From the NCBI GenBank assembly GCA_002811645.1, contig PDIP01000126.1:62833-126832 (forward strand): a stretch of 64,000 nt of DNA. Reading direction: 5' to 3'. Under the pieces are notes generated by a model. The model worked only from the letters and a program-made list of their open reading frames with translations, was not told the DNA's origin and did not search any database. Made by a program: the position numbers and the translations under genes. This stretch comes from Corallochytrium limacisporum Hawaii. Its lineage: Eukaryota > Protista > Pluriformea. Below, piece by piece: positions 25,201-34,580 of the stretch (position 1 is the stretch's first letter; each line of letters starts with the position of its first letter).

Positions 25201-28200
25201 CAAGCAACATGCACTGGAGCGGTTTTAAAGGTCACGATCTGGGCCATACCAGTAGATGTCGACGTGCCCTGAGTTTCAGAGCGGGTTGCTGCATGCGGCT
25301 GTGGTCCAGCGTCTGGCGGCTTTGGCGTGGTGACAGCGGATGGAGAGAACTGGCGTTTGCTGACATTCCTCAGAAAATGCTCCGTGACCAGGTCCTGTCC
25401 TTCAGATGTCCCTTCCGTAGTTTCACCATTTTCGTTGTTGACCATGAGCACCCCCTGAACAATGCGACGGTGCTGAGCGTGATGTTTGAACCGAGGTCTG
25501 AATGCGGCACCGTTGTCAGTGTTCAGGTGTCGGCGTTCAACATGATCATCGCTTGGCTGTTCATTTTCGTCGTTATCGTTGTCCTCAAACGGTGGAATGT
25601 CTCGATAGATGGCATATGAGATCATGCACAACTCATCCTTTGCAGGATCGGACAAGAGGTCACCTCTAGTCTTCGCAAATATCTCTACAGCCATCCAAGC
25701 AATGCGTTGAAAGCCGTGGAGGGCACGGAGGTCGCGATAGTCGATCGTGTAGGGGTAGTCGTCAACGTCGTTACAGCCATCGTCCTTCTCATCTCCATCG
25801 TTCAGTAAATGATTTTCGTCAGATTCATCAACAATGGCGTCATCTGCATTCGCAAGTGCTTTCTTGGATCGCCTCTGCCTTCGTTGGCGCCGCAGCTCTC
25901 TCTGCAGATCATCCTGCATCCGCGTAAACGGGGCCGGTCTCGGTTTTCGCTTCGCTGAGTCTGGGCCTTCGATACCGATCGCGCCGCTGGCGTTGGCATC
26001 CTTCGACGCCAGAACAGAGGCCGCTTCGATGCCGCGCGCTGGGGTTATCTGCGCCAAAGATCGCAGGCGCTTTGCACTCGACGGCTGCTGCAGCAGCGGC
26101 CGGTGATACGCCTGCGGTTCAGGATCGGCTGTTGTAGCTGTGTCGTCGGCAGAGAGCACGTTTAGAGCCCCCGGACGATGCACAGGCGCGCTGTCCGCGG
26201 TTGACGGCAGTGTCGGGACTTCCTCCTCATCCACTTCAGCGTCGATTTCGGCTTCGTTCCTATTGCGTTTCAGCCGTGAACGATGTCGGCGGCCATGGTG
26301 GAGCGAGAGCAAACGTCGCGACACGCGCGGCGGTATCGCTTTGCTCGAAGTTTGCCGGCTTTCCTCATTCAAACGGGAAGGGTTTGGAGCCGCCAGTGAA
26401 GGTATCAAGATTGACTGAGTATTCTGAACAAGTCGCTCTTGACGACGCGTGTACGCAGCCGTCGCTTGTTCCGGTAGCCACAGAATGTCTAGTGCAGGTC
26501 CAACAGCACGGCCTTTGGCTAAGCGCGTCACTGACCTCTCTGAACGACGCAGAGCAGCCATAGTTGTCGATGGAAATTGCGGCAACGGTGCGAGCGTCGG
26601 GACACTATTGCCACCACGAGTGGCGCTGCTCTCTGCGATGTTGCGCAGCTCACCATTTGAATCAAAGGCTGACAGGTCGACTATGGCACGGCTCCGCAGA
26701 CGAATCGAGCGTCCAGCGTAGGTCACTGTTCGGCCGGGACAGTCCGCTGCCGCCGAGTAGTGCAGATCGTTCGGTTCGAGGTGCCGAAGGCCATAGACCT
26801 CGAGCGTAGCGCTGACGTCTCTCGGGCTTGGCGGTGGTCGAGAGGGCCGGAAGACGACTTGTCCTGGCATGAGTGGCGGTGAGAGGAAGGCCACACCCTG
26901 AGCTGGGGCGGAAACAGTGGCGGTGGGTGAGGATGGGAGACGCTGTTGGTCCTGGGTCAGTGCCGGCAGTCCCTCAGAAGCGGTAAGAGATGTAACCGCC
27001 GTATGATCGTGGCTCGGCGATGCTGCCGATATCATTGGTGGCTCCTGCTGATCCTCTGGCGGTTGTGTCGGTGATTGAGATTGTGGGTGCTCTGCCTGTT
27101 CTCGCTCTGGCGGCTTGGTATCACGATCAAGTCCATGCTCCTCCTCCTCATTAATCACGGCAGGAATCACTGTCTTGCGTTTGTCCAATTTTCTCATAGG
27201 GGTCACGCGCACAGTATGCGCATGGTGTTGCTGCAGTTGTGACTTTTCCTGACTTTCCCTGTCTGAATCTGGGTCGCTGTCCTCGATGATGAAAGACGTA
27301 TGCAAGCGGAGATTCTGGGCCTGCTGGTCAGTACCGCCCGCCATTTCCGGAGGAACATACTTGGAGATGCGAGGCAAGGGCCCAGGGGACCAGTCGTCCA
27401 GCCCACGCTCAGCAATAATAGGAGCAAACGACCTCTCGTCCTCTACTTGCACGAAATGCTGTGTGGGCGCCTTCGAAAATTGCTGTGTGTTGTCTTCGTC
27501 ATCTCCACTATCTCCAACCACCACCATACCTGTGTTCACAGGATCAATGCCACCTTTGCTGTGTCCCGGGCCATCATCGTCGTCATCAAAACCCTCCACA
27601 ATGTCATCTAAGTCGTCAGCAAACTGTTGCAAAGTCGGCCGCGGCCGGGTGGTCATGAGCGTCAGCGGTGCGCCTCCACCACTACTGTCGGATGACCTTC
27701 GCCTTTGGTTTTGCTTCTGTTTCGACGCATCACTTCTGAACCGGCCTTGACGTCGTGCTTTTGATGGTGACGAGGTTGTAGCCGCGGACCGATGTAGCTT
27801 GATCGCGTGAATAATCTGTCCCTGACGCAGATTGTGGTCAACAGCGCCCTCCTCATCATCGTCATCACTACTGTCTTCGATCATACCATCCACTTGGTCC
27901 GGCAGACGGGATCGGCTGCTGCTTTTCTCGTTCTCCAACGAAGACACGCGGTACCGGGAACCCTCGTTATCTTCCCGTTCCAATTCTTCCGGACTATCGT
28001 ACTGATCGATTAGGAAGAAGAGATCACCACCTTCAACGTCGTCTTTGCCTGTTTCCTGTTCTTCATTCTCGTACTCTCTCTGAGACAGCAGAACCGCGTC
28101 GCCTTCGGCATCTTCGTCATCGTCCATAATCGGGCCATGCTCAGGGATACGGGCATTCACTGCATCGTGAACACCATGTTGAGGTTGTGAAGATGCTTGC

Positions 28201-30338
28201 ATGATGCTCATGAACCTCTCTTCAATGTGCTCTGCAGTGCCAGCATGTTCTATGTTGTCCCGTACGCCCATGATATCATCATCATCGTCATTCTCGTCGT
28301 CGATTGCCTGACTCGCCAATGACTTTGATGATGACGCTTGAGTGGCAGCTCCAAGCAAGAGCGATAGCTTTCCATTCGCTTCTTCCTGCTCCGATGATAC
28401 CGTTGGTTGCGATCGTCGCTGCTGAGTTGGTGTCTGCGAAGATTTCTGTGTGAGATGCCTTGATGACGGACGGTTGCGAACAATCGTTTCGGCCCGTTCC
28501 GCGTCCCGTGCGACAAGGCGCTTGAGCTCACCGTAGAGCCGCTCTTCCACTGGCGTCTGCTCGCTGCGGCCGTAGCACCGCGGCTCTGCATCCTTTGCTG
28601 CGCGCAGGGCCTCGCCCAGTACGTCGACCTCAGCGGTGGTGTCGCCCCTTTCCCTGCGACGCAGGTTCTCGTCCTCCCAGAGCTGTGCTAGGGAGCGCAC
28701 AAGCGATGACCCCGCGCTTGCTGGTTGTCCAGGCACCGTACGCTGATTCTGTGACCGCAAAACGTCTGCCGGTGCGATTTCGAGTGGATTGAGGACATCT
28801 TCGACCGTGGCATCGAGTTCGAGGGCGGTGGTTGACGTGCGCTCTGCGAGAATGGAGCGCAGCACGGCGAGCGGGGAGAGAGAGGTGACGTCCCAATGGC
28901 CTGCGTGTGGCACCAATGAGAGGTAAGAGGTACCATTGCTGCTCGATGATTCATTTTGTTCATTATGTTCACTTTCCGAAGAAGGTGGCTGCGGCTGCTG
29001 TCCATCCGCGGACAAAGGTAGCCTCCGTGCTGCTCTAACGCCGGTCTTATCCGGCAGAATGGAGGCAACACGCTGTGCGTGAGGAGTCTGTTTGCGCCGC
29101 TCCGTCAGTTTCTCCCACTCTCGTTCTGTCACACGGAATCTGCCATCCCCGAGATGGACGAAATTCATACCGTAGAGATTGTAGTCGATCAGCAGAGCCA
29201 GATGGAAAGGAATGTGGCTCTCATGCGGCTGGAACTGATGGCCACTGCCGGGACCACCGTTCTGCTGCGCGGGCGGTCTAACCTCTTCCATGGATTGAAA
29301 GCCGTCAATCTCACCGTTCAGAAGCAGCACGCTCGTCCTGCCCAAGAGCGAAGGATTGTAGAGCGCAATCCGAAGCCAAAAGACACCCGAATCTCCAGCG
29401 TCATGGTAGCCGTAGAAGGGAGTGGCCCGGATCAGATTGACACCAAAGACATGTTCCTGGACCTGTTGAACATTACGAATAATTGATGGTGATGATTGTT
29501 TTCCCGGCTGCTGTTGCGGTTCGTCCGTTTGCTTTGCCTGCAGCTTTTGCCAGGGTGCCATCCTTTCCGTATCAGTTTTCGGATCGAGCTGGTCTTGGTT
29601 CTGCTCAGGCTGCAGTTCCGTCTGTGCGGGCACTGCATCCAGATCGGGCACGGCGTTAGATTTAAAGGAAGCTTGCAGACTACGATTGATGCCCTCGGCC
29701 AGCCGACGGGCATAGTCACGGACGCAAGGGGCCTCATTACCGGCCCGGTGAATACAACGGGCGTGACAACTGCCATGATCTTCTGCCTCACAACCCGTCG
29801 GTCCGTGGTAGAGAATGATTAAATACGGGAAAGAACCATGTAAATGTAGTAGACAGCTCTGACCCGCCGGAGTGCGGCCAAAGATTCGATGAATAGGCAC
29901 CTCAGGGACCGACCGCCGGGTATGGGAACTACCCCCGAGCTCCGGATCCGGGCTCACTACGCCACCGTAGCAAAAATTTTTGAAAGATCGCTGATCAGAC
30001 GCCCGATATACTTCCCATGGGTCAATTTCCTGTAGTTGGCGGTACCGGCGGTGTTTCCGTAGCGGAGTGTGGTCGTGGTCAAATCCGGGTCTCGGCGATG
30101 CCATGTAATAATCCAGCGCAACGATGCGGAGGCTGAAGAAAGCGTGCTGAAGCGAATCATAGGCCAGTTCTGTCCGGTCTATGGGCCCTGTTTTCTTAGA
30201 CCGGTCTCGTCGGCGTCGCTGGATTGTGTGGTCTTGGCTGGTGAGGCGGGTAGGGTCGTACTTTTCAGCTGTAAGGGACGGCCCATCAGACGATGCCCCC
30301 CCTGGATCATCATGGTCTGTGATGGCTACACTGGCCAT
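22290..30338 (-). CDS. REV3: DNA polymerase zeta catalytic subunit (B family), 2682 aa
   Basis: Motifs DFQSLYPS, LKMISNVTYGYTSANYSGRMP and YGDTDS; REV3-specific SRGSQFRVES; N-terminal RIFGRT..G...LHLHG.FPY and FQPHESHIPF...DYNLYGM; C-terminal CysA (CAMPDC..CKEC) and CysB (CRNC..CLNMDC). Confidence 0.97.
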   Translation of the reverse strand: MASVAITDHDDPGGASSDGPSLTAEKYDPTRLTSQDHTIQRRRRDRSKKTGPIDRTELAYDSLQHAFFSLRIVALDYYMASPRPGFDHDHTPLRKHRRYRQLQEIDPWEVYRASDQRSFKNFCYGGVVSPDPELGGSSHTRRSVPEVPIHRIFGRTPAGQSCLLHLHGSFPYLIILYHGPTGCEAEDHGSCHARCIHRAGNEAPCVRDYARRLAEGINRSLQASFKSNAVPDLDAVPAQTELQPEQNQDQLDPKTDTERMAPWQKLQAKQTDEPQQQPGKQSSPSIIRNVQQVQEHVFGVNLIRATPFYGYHDAGDSGVFWLRIALYNPSLLGRTSVLLLNGEIDGFQSMEEVRPPAQQNGGPGSGHQFQPHESHIPFHLALLIDYNLYGMNFVHLGDGRFRVTEREWEKLTERRKQTPHAQRVASILPDKTGVRAARRLPLSADGQQPQPPSSESEHNEQNESSSSNGTSYLSLVPHAGHWDVTSLSPLAVLRSILAERTSTTALELDATVEDVLNPLEIAPADVLRSQNQRTVPGQPASAGSSLVRSLAQLWEDENLRRRERGDTTAEVDVLGEALRAAKDAEPRCYGRSEQTPVEERLYGELKRLVARDAERAETIVRNRPSSRHLTQKSSQTPTQQRRSQPTVSSEQEEANGKLSLLLGAATQASSSKSLASQAIDDENDDDDDIMGVRDNIEHAGTAEHIEERFMSIMQASSQPQHGVHDAVNARIPEHGPIMDDDEDAEGDAVLLSQREYENEEQETGKDDVEGGDLFFLIDQYDSPEELEREDNEGSRYRVSSLENEKSSSRSRLPDQVDGMIEDSSDDDDEEGAVDHNLRQGQIIHAIKLHRSAATTSSPSKARRQGRFRSDASKQKQNQRRRSSDSSGGGAPLTLMTTRPRPTLQQFADDLDDIVEGFDDDDDGPGHSKGGIDPVNTGMVVVGDSGDDEDNTQQFSKAPTQHFVQVEDERSFAPIIAERGLDDWSPGPLPRISKYVPPEMAGGTDQQAQNLRLHTSFIIEDSDPDSDRESQEKSQLQQHHAHTVRVTPMRKLDKRKTVIPAVINEEEEHGLDRDTKPPEREQAEHPQSQSPTQPPEDQQEPPMISAASPSHDHTAVTSLTASEGLPALTQDQQRLPSSPTATVSAPAQGVAFLSPPLMPGQVVFRPSRPPPSPRDVSATLEVYGLRHLEPNDLHYSAAADCPGRTVTYAGRSIRLRSRAIVDLSAFDSNGELRNIAESSATRGGNSVPTLAPLPQFPSTTMAALRRSERSVTRLAKGRAVGPALDILWLPEQATAAYTRRQERLVQNTQSILIPSLAAPNPSRLNEESRQTSSKAIPPRVSRRLLSLHHGRRHRSRLKRNRNEAEIDAEVDEEEVPTLPSTADSAPVHRPGALNVLSADDTATTADPEPQAYHRPLLQQPSSAKRLRSLAQITPARGIEAASVLASKDANASGAIGIEGPDSAKRKPRPAPFTRMQDDLQRELRRQRRQRRSKKALANADDAIVDESDENHLLNDGDEKDDGCNDVDDYPYTIDYRDLRALHGFQRIAWMAVEIFAKTRGDLLSDPAKDELCMISYAIYRDIPPFEDNDNDENEQPSDDHVERRHLNTDNGAAFRPRFKHHAQHRRIVQGVLMVNNENGETTEGTSEGQDLVTEHFLRNVSKRQFSPSAVTTPKPPDAGPQPHAATRSETQGTSTSTGMAQIVTFKTAPVHVACYSSETDMLRGLVSLIRVQDPDIITGYDVQHWSWGYILERSSVLGLDLIQALSRVPQDLQSSSLEPSKDEWGFRKQSSIHLAGRITLNLWRLMRSEVTLTIYSFEHVVHHVLQRRTPVYSSAQLRGWWDNRRTRHRVVEHFVLRNRGNMELLEELNIVGRTSELARMFGIDFFSVLSRGSQFRVESMMLRLAKPMNYIPMSPSKVQVSNMDAPEVIPLVMEPESRFYASPVLVMDFQSLYPSVMIAYNLCYSTCLGRLHGRTTDSIVQMHRAVPGPETRSGAGKAAAAKLSELNRYGAEAESKKMGAGTLSVPIGTIAALHEQSTPSHDADGLALPPSLSRSRHPSPGRDYDRDDEADRNLTVTPNGIVFVKQSVRIGVLPRMLDELLRTRIMVKASMKRIDLKAISTYGQSGDDILARGLHRMLNARQLGLKMISNVTYGYTSANYSGRMPSVDIADSIVMLGRQTLERAIGLVERNTKWGARVVYGDTDSLFILLDGKTREQAFQIGEEIQEAVTKSNPPPVTLKFEKVYHPCILMSKKRYVGNAYENPGQREPTFDAKGIETIRRDTCPATAKILGKSLRLLFSTADLSAVKSYVQKQMLRILEGRVNLRDFVFAKEIRPGTYKDPLHQPVCLVAAESSARDHRRTPRHGERIRYVVVYGPPGARLIDCVKRPEDLLSLVKRRVREMIMADEGGEHQSEAGPREERTSGQNKSAGTKIMVMGTRYNLHATYYITKQVLPALDRHLALAGVDVKEWFRELPRRRNVANSALQFGGAGGGSLGEEDNQTLAALHRNNDGESVATPMDKGPNFGAGAAAVDNHPGLAHAAQNLARRRHKRLEHYYRSSLCAMPDCNGLIVARNQRNMGSTSSRGSNVSGLALDVASQLLCKECLRDVQGSALRLIEAERGAEEEQHQLEAVCRNCSGLDVDPVPCLNMDCWILYERERNASDVQHSRRRRQTVMEALASL

Positions 30339-31640
30339 GGCTGTGAACGTTGTTTATATCCCAGAGCCGCATCTGATATCATATATTTAAGAGCGGCGGA
30401 CTTGTGTCTCCCTGTGTCATGGCTTATATGTTGATGGTCTGCGCGGCGCAAAGTTTCAGCCCGTCCTCGACGGAACAGGCGCTGCGTCTTACGTTCGCAT
30501 TGTTCAGTGATCTTGCATTCTGTTCAACACTTGTCTAAACTAGATGTACAGCGGTCCACCTGTGGGGATGGTTTCTGGCCGCAAAGGCCACACTGAGACT
30601 TGTGTCGAACCGAATTCCTCCGACTGCACTGTGTGTTACCCGGCTTCGAAACTGAGCTCACCAAACGGGAGTCCCTTTACCACACATCCCCTCTTCGGTA
30701 AAATAAGGAATCAGTATAATTTATTTATATTTTATCAGGGATTTTAACAAATAGTATCCAAATGTGTATATATTTTAAAAGAATAAGTATATAATTCTTT
30801 TTTGGCGATACGTATCCATTATGATTGGCTGAAGATCGCGAATGAAAAGGGGGCCTAATTTAACCGCCCGAGAGGGTCCCGCACCACCTTCCCCAAGTCT
30901 CTGTCTTTGCGGTCTCCCCACCGACGACTTGACGAGATGTCTCCTGTTTCGTTTTGGCGCCAGAAGCCAGACCTCCGCCCTTGCGGCCCCCTGGGGGGGG
31001 GGCCTCTGTTTGAAAGAAAGGGGAAACTCTTGGCAACCCGCCTCGCCACATAAACCCCCCCCCCCCCCGCGCGGGGGGGACTTTGGCTCCTATTCCCCCG
31101 CCCTTTTTTTTTTTGGATTTTTTTTGGGTCCCGTGTATGCGGCCCCTTTTGCCCGGCCAGTCGCAGCACTACGGGACGGTCTCCTCCCATTCCCTTCTGC
31201 CACCCAACCCAACCCAACCCAACCCAACCCAACACACACACACACAGAACCCCCGGGGCAGTGGAAGGGAGCCACAAGAGCAAGAGAGACCGAACGCTCC
31301 CAGGTTCTCAAAAAAGCAATTCCGCCACTTGAGACGCCCCTTTACCGCTTCCGTTGCTGGTGCTCGGAGTCACAAACAAAGGACTTCAATGCTTGAGCAG
31401 ACAGTTTTCTTGTCTTGGCGGAGATTTCCTAACGTGTTTGCTAGCCGCGGAGTGATCACGTCGTCAGAGGTATTCGGACACAAGCGGCGAGTGATACACA
31501 AAGTACTATAGTCAGATCCAAACCAGTATGGACACAAGCCTGGAGCTTTCTCCATGATATGCGAAACGTTTCAAACTAAAGACTATAGACAGACAGAGCA
31601 TGAGACAATAGAGTGACTCACATCTGTCGGCACACCTAGC
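30339..31640. promoter_or_regulatory. Divergent (probably bidirectional) promoter region between REV3 and DRP1
   Basis: Head-to-head genes 1.3 kb apart. Contains an AT-rich patch (about 30710-30800), C5-T-G10 (30987-31002), C14-GCGC-G7 (31055-31079), T-runs, (CCCAA)6 and (CA)n. Confidence 0.6.
31203..31232. repeat. (CCCAA)6 pentanucleotide microsatellite, i.e. (TTGGG)6 on the - strand, G-quadruplex-capable
   Basis: Six perfect copies read directly, followed by (CA)n. Confidence 0.9.
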
Positions 31641-34580
31641 ATGTCCCAGCAACGCACACCTCTACGAGAGTTAGTCGGAAGTGCAGCATCGCGCTCATCA
31701 TCATACTCACACCGGGACCCATCCTCGCCTGATCGCTACTACGACGTCAGTGACGGAGGCGCACCAGAAAAACATCAGACTCCAAGCAGGCCACCCCCTC
31801 CGAACCCCCGATCAGCAACGAAGCACAGCCCCATGCCGACCAGTACCACCTCATCCTACTCACGTAGGGACGTGAACAGCAGCAGTGACAAAGGTTCAAG
31901 TCGTGCCATTAAGCTGGCTTCCACGGGCACCCTACGGCACATGGAAGGTCTGATTCCTCTGCTGAACAAACTGCAAGATGTGTTCAACCTTACGATGGCG
32001 GGAACGGGATCCTCTGCTGCCACTGATTCCAGCACAGTCAGCGAAGTGATCCAACTTCCACAGATTGTCGTGGTCGGCGCCCAATCCTCAGGCAAGTCCA
32101 GTGTGCTGGAGAACATTGTCGGGCGTGATTTCTTGCCACGTGGCACTGGAATTGTTACTCGCCGCCCGCTGAACCTCCAACTGATCCAAAAGACAGACCG
32201 TCTAGCGGGGGAGCATGCTGAGTTCCTCCACAAACCGGGCAAAAAGTATTATAATTTCGAGGAGGTCAGACAAGAGATTCAAGCTGAAACGGAGAGAGTA
32301 TGCGGCTCTGGGTCGCTGACTAAAGGCACTGCCAACGGTGACGGCGATGAGAAGGGATCTTCCACAGTCAAGGCCGGAGTAAGCAGCCAACCGATCAACC
32401 TGCGGATCTACAGCCCTCGGGTGCTGAACCTGTCGCTGGTAGATCTGCCTGGTCTGACCCGGGTAGCAACCAACGGCCAAGGCGAGGACATCTCCAAGGA
32501 AATCCACGACATGGTCCTGAGCTACATCCGCAATCCGAATGCGATTATCTTGGCTATCAGTCCCGCCAACTACGACATTGCCAACAGCGAGGCTCTTCGT
32601 ATCGCCAAAACCGTCGACCCAGACGGCATGCGGACCATCGGTGTCCTCACCAAGGTTGACATCATGGACCATGGAACGGACTGTGTCGATATCCTCACGG
32701 GTCAGACCTACCCGCTCTCTCTCGGCTTTGTTGCAGTCGTGAACCGCAGCCAGCGAGACATTATGGAGTTCAAAGACATTGACTCCGCCCTACGGGACGA
32801 GGAAGACTTCTTTCGCACTCACCTGGCATACTCAAAGATTCATCGTCGGTATTGCGGTACCGCGCATCTGGCACACAAATTGCAGAAATTACTTATGGCT
32901 CATGTCCGGGACGCATTGCCGGCCCTGAAGAGCCGCGTGAAGACGCTGCTGACCCGTACCCGTGCTCAACTGCGAGAGTGTGGTGAGCCGTTGAAGGATC
33001 GAGCGGATAAGAGCGCATTCCTGCTGCAGGTGCTAAATCGATTCTCTGGGATATTCACCGGCGCAATCGATGGCGGTGGCGTGGGGCTCGGCAGTGGTGG
33101 AAACGCTAGCGGCTTGCTGGGATCCAATGGCAACGTGACGCTCAACACCACCGAATTGAGTGGAGGCGCTAGGATCTGTTACATCTTCCACGAGATTTTT
33201 GGGCACACGTTGGAGAACGTGGATCCCTTGGATGGTCTGGAGGACCGGGACATTCTCACGGCAATCCTCAATGCGACTGGACCGCGTCCGTCGCTGTTTC
33301 TGCCCGAGGCGAGCTTTGAGCAGCTTGTGAAACGGCAAATCCGACGATTGGAGGAGCCCTCCCTGCGCTGTTGCGAATTGATCTATGATGAACTAATCAA
33401 GATCCTCGGGCAATGCGAAGAGACACCCGAGTTGCTGCGTTTCAGCCGTCTCCGGGAACGGATCCGGGAGGTCGTGGTTGACATGATCCGCCGCCGCTTG
33501 CCGTCCACCAACCGCATGATTGAAAGCCTGGTGGCCATCGAATTGAGCTACATCAACACGAACCACCCTGATTTTCTCAGTTCCGGTGACGTCCTATCCC
33601 GCGTGCGTAGGACGTTGCGAAAGGACCACCATGCGCATCGGGATACGGGAGTGAAGTTGTCCGCTGCTGCAACTCCTGGTGACCACGAGTCGGATGGATC
33701 AAGCGCCGACCTGGCGACTGCAGCTGCGGGCGCGAGCGGCGGTCCCTCTGGTACGACAGCCAACGGTACCCACAAATCCCGCAGAGGCAAACACCGCCAC
33801 TCCGTGAACGTGGACAGCTCCGAGGAGCTGAAGAAGCAGTTCAATGGTGGAGAAGTGAGCGGCACTGGCTCGGCGTCAGGAGAGCAGGCCATGTTGAGCG
33901 ATGACAATGTCGCTTTCGCGGGAGACAACAGTCAGCACCACCACGTACACTCGCAGAGTCTGGACGGCAACAACAAAGGCGGAGGCATCGCCGCATGGGT
34001 ACCTTTCTTTGGCGGTGGTACCAAGAACACTGCAAGTGCACCATCCGCATCGGAGGCTAAGGCAGGCGGCAATGGATCGTCGTCCGATGTTCAGGCTGGG
34101 GCTGGCCATGCTGGACACCTGCATCAGTCCTACAGCCAGCAGTATGGACGCCGCCTGTACGACGAAGACGACGCCATCGCCCGGGAATCCCGGGGTGTGG
34201 CCAGCCTGGACGATTCCATCTCCATCCACCAAATGTTCAACCCGGACCGAAAGCATCTACTGCTCGGACGCCTGGAGATGGAGACTGAACTCATCAAGTC
34301 ATTGATCTGCGCGTACTTTGACATTGTGCGTAAAAACATCCAGGATGCCATTCCTAAGGCTATTATGCACTTCTTGGTCAACGAAGTTCGCGACAATTTG
34401 CAAGCCACGCTCGTCGGCCAGCTCTATAACCAGGACATGGTCGACACTCTGTTGGTCGAGAGCGCGGACACTGCCATCAAACGTGCGCAGACGCAGGAGT
34501 TCTTGCAGGCCCTGGAACGCGCCTGGGCTGTGCTTGGCGAGGTGCGTGACATGAACTACGCCGGGAACAGCCAGCGCTGA
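31641..34580 (+). CDS. DNM1L: Dynamin-related GTPase of the DRP1/Dnm1 mitochondrial and peroxisomal fission type, 979 aa
   Basis: MEGLIPLLNKLQDVF, G1 GAQSSGKSS, G3 DLPG, G4 TKVD. Middle domain ELSGGARICYIFHE..NATGPRP..LVKRQIRRLEEPSLRC is close to DRP1. Has a Gly/Ser-rich variable insert and a C-terminal GED (IQDAIPKAIMHFLVN); no PH or proline-rich domain. Confidence 0.93.
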   Translation: MSQQRTPLRELVGSAASRSSSYSHRDPSSPDRYYDVSDGGAPEKHQTPSRPPPPNPRSATKHSPMPTSTTSSYSRRDVNSSSDKGSSRAIKLASTGTLRHMEGLIPLLNKLQDVFNLTMAGTGSSAATDSSTVSEVIQLPQIVVVGAQSSGKSSVLENIVGRDFLPRGTGIVTRRPLNLQLIQKTDRLAGEHAEFLHKPGKKYYNFEEVRQEIQAETERVCGSGSLTKGTANGDGDEKGSSTVKAGVSSQPINLRIYSPRVLNLSLVDLPGLTRVATNGQGEDISKEIHDMVLSYIRNPNAIILAISPANYDIANSEALRIAKTVDPDGMRTIGVLTKVDIMDHGTDCVDILTGQTYPLSLGFVAVVNRSQRDIMEFKDIDSALRDEEDFFRTHLAYSKIHRRYCGTAHLAHKLQKLLMAHVRDALPALKSRVKTLLTRTRAQLRECGEPLKDRADKSAFLLQVLNRFSGIFTGAIDGGGVGLGSGGNASGLLGSNGNVTLNTTELSGGARICYIFHEIFGHTLENVDPLDGLEDRDILTAILNATGPRPSLFLPEASFEQLVKRQIRRLEEPSLRCCELIYDELIKILGQCEETPELLRFSRLRERIREVVVDMIRRRLPSTNRMIESLVAIELSYINTNHPDFLSSGDVLSRVRRTLRKDHHAHRDTGVKLSAAATPGDHESDGSSADLATAAAGASGGPSGTTANGTHKSRRGKHRHSVNVDSSEELKKQFNGGEVSGTGSASGEQAMLSDDNVAFAGDNSQHHHVHSQSLDGNNKGGGIAAWVPFFGGGTKNTASAPSASEAKAGGNGSSSDVQAGAGHAGHLHQSYSQQYGRRLYDEDDAIARESRGVASLDDSISIHQMFNPDRKHLLLGRLEMETELIKSLICAYFDIVRKNIQDAIPKAIMHFLVNEVRDNLQATLVGQLYNQDMVDTLLVESADTAIKRAQTQEFLQALERAWAVLGEVRDMNYAGNSQR

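Noticed and set aside
31203-31232. (CCCAA)6 as an interstitial telomere
   Set aside because: Not TTAGGG, short, and embedded among other microsatellites.
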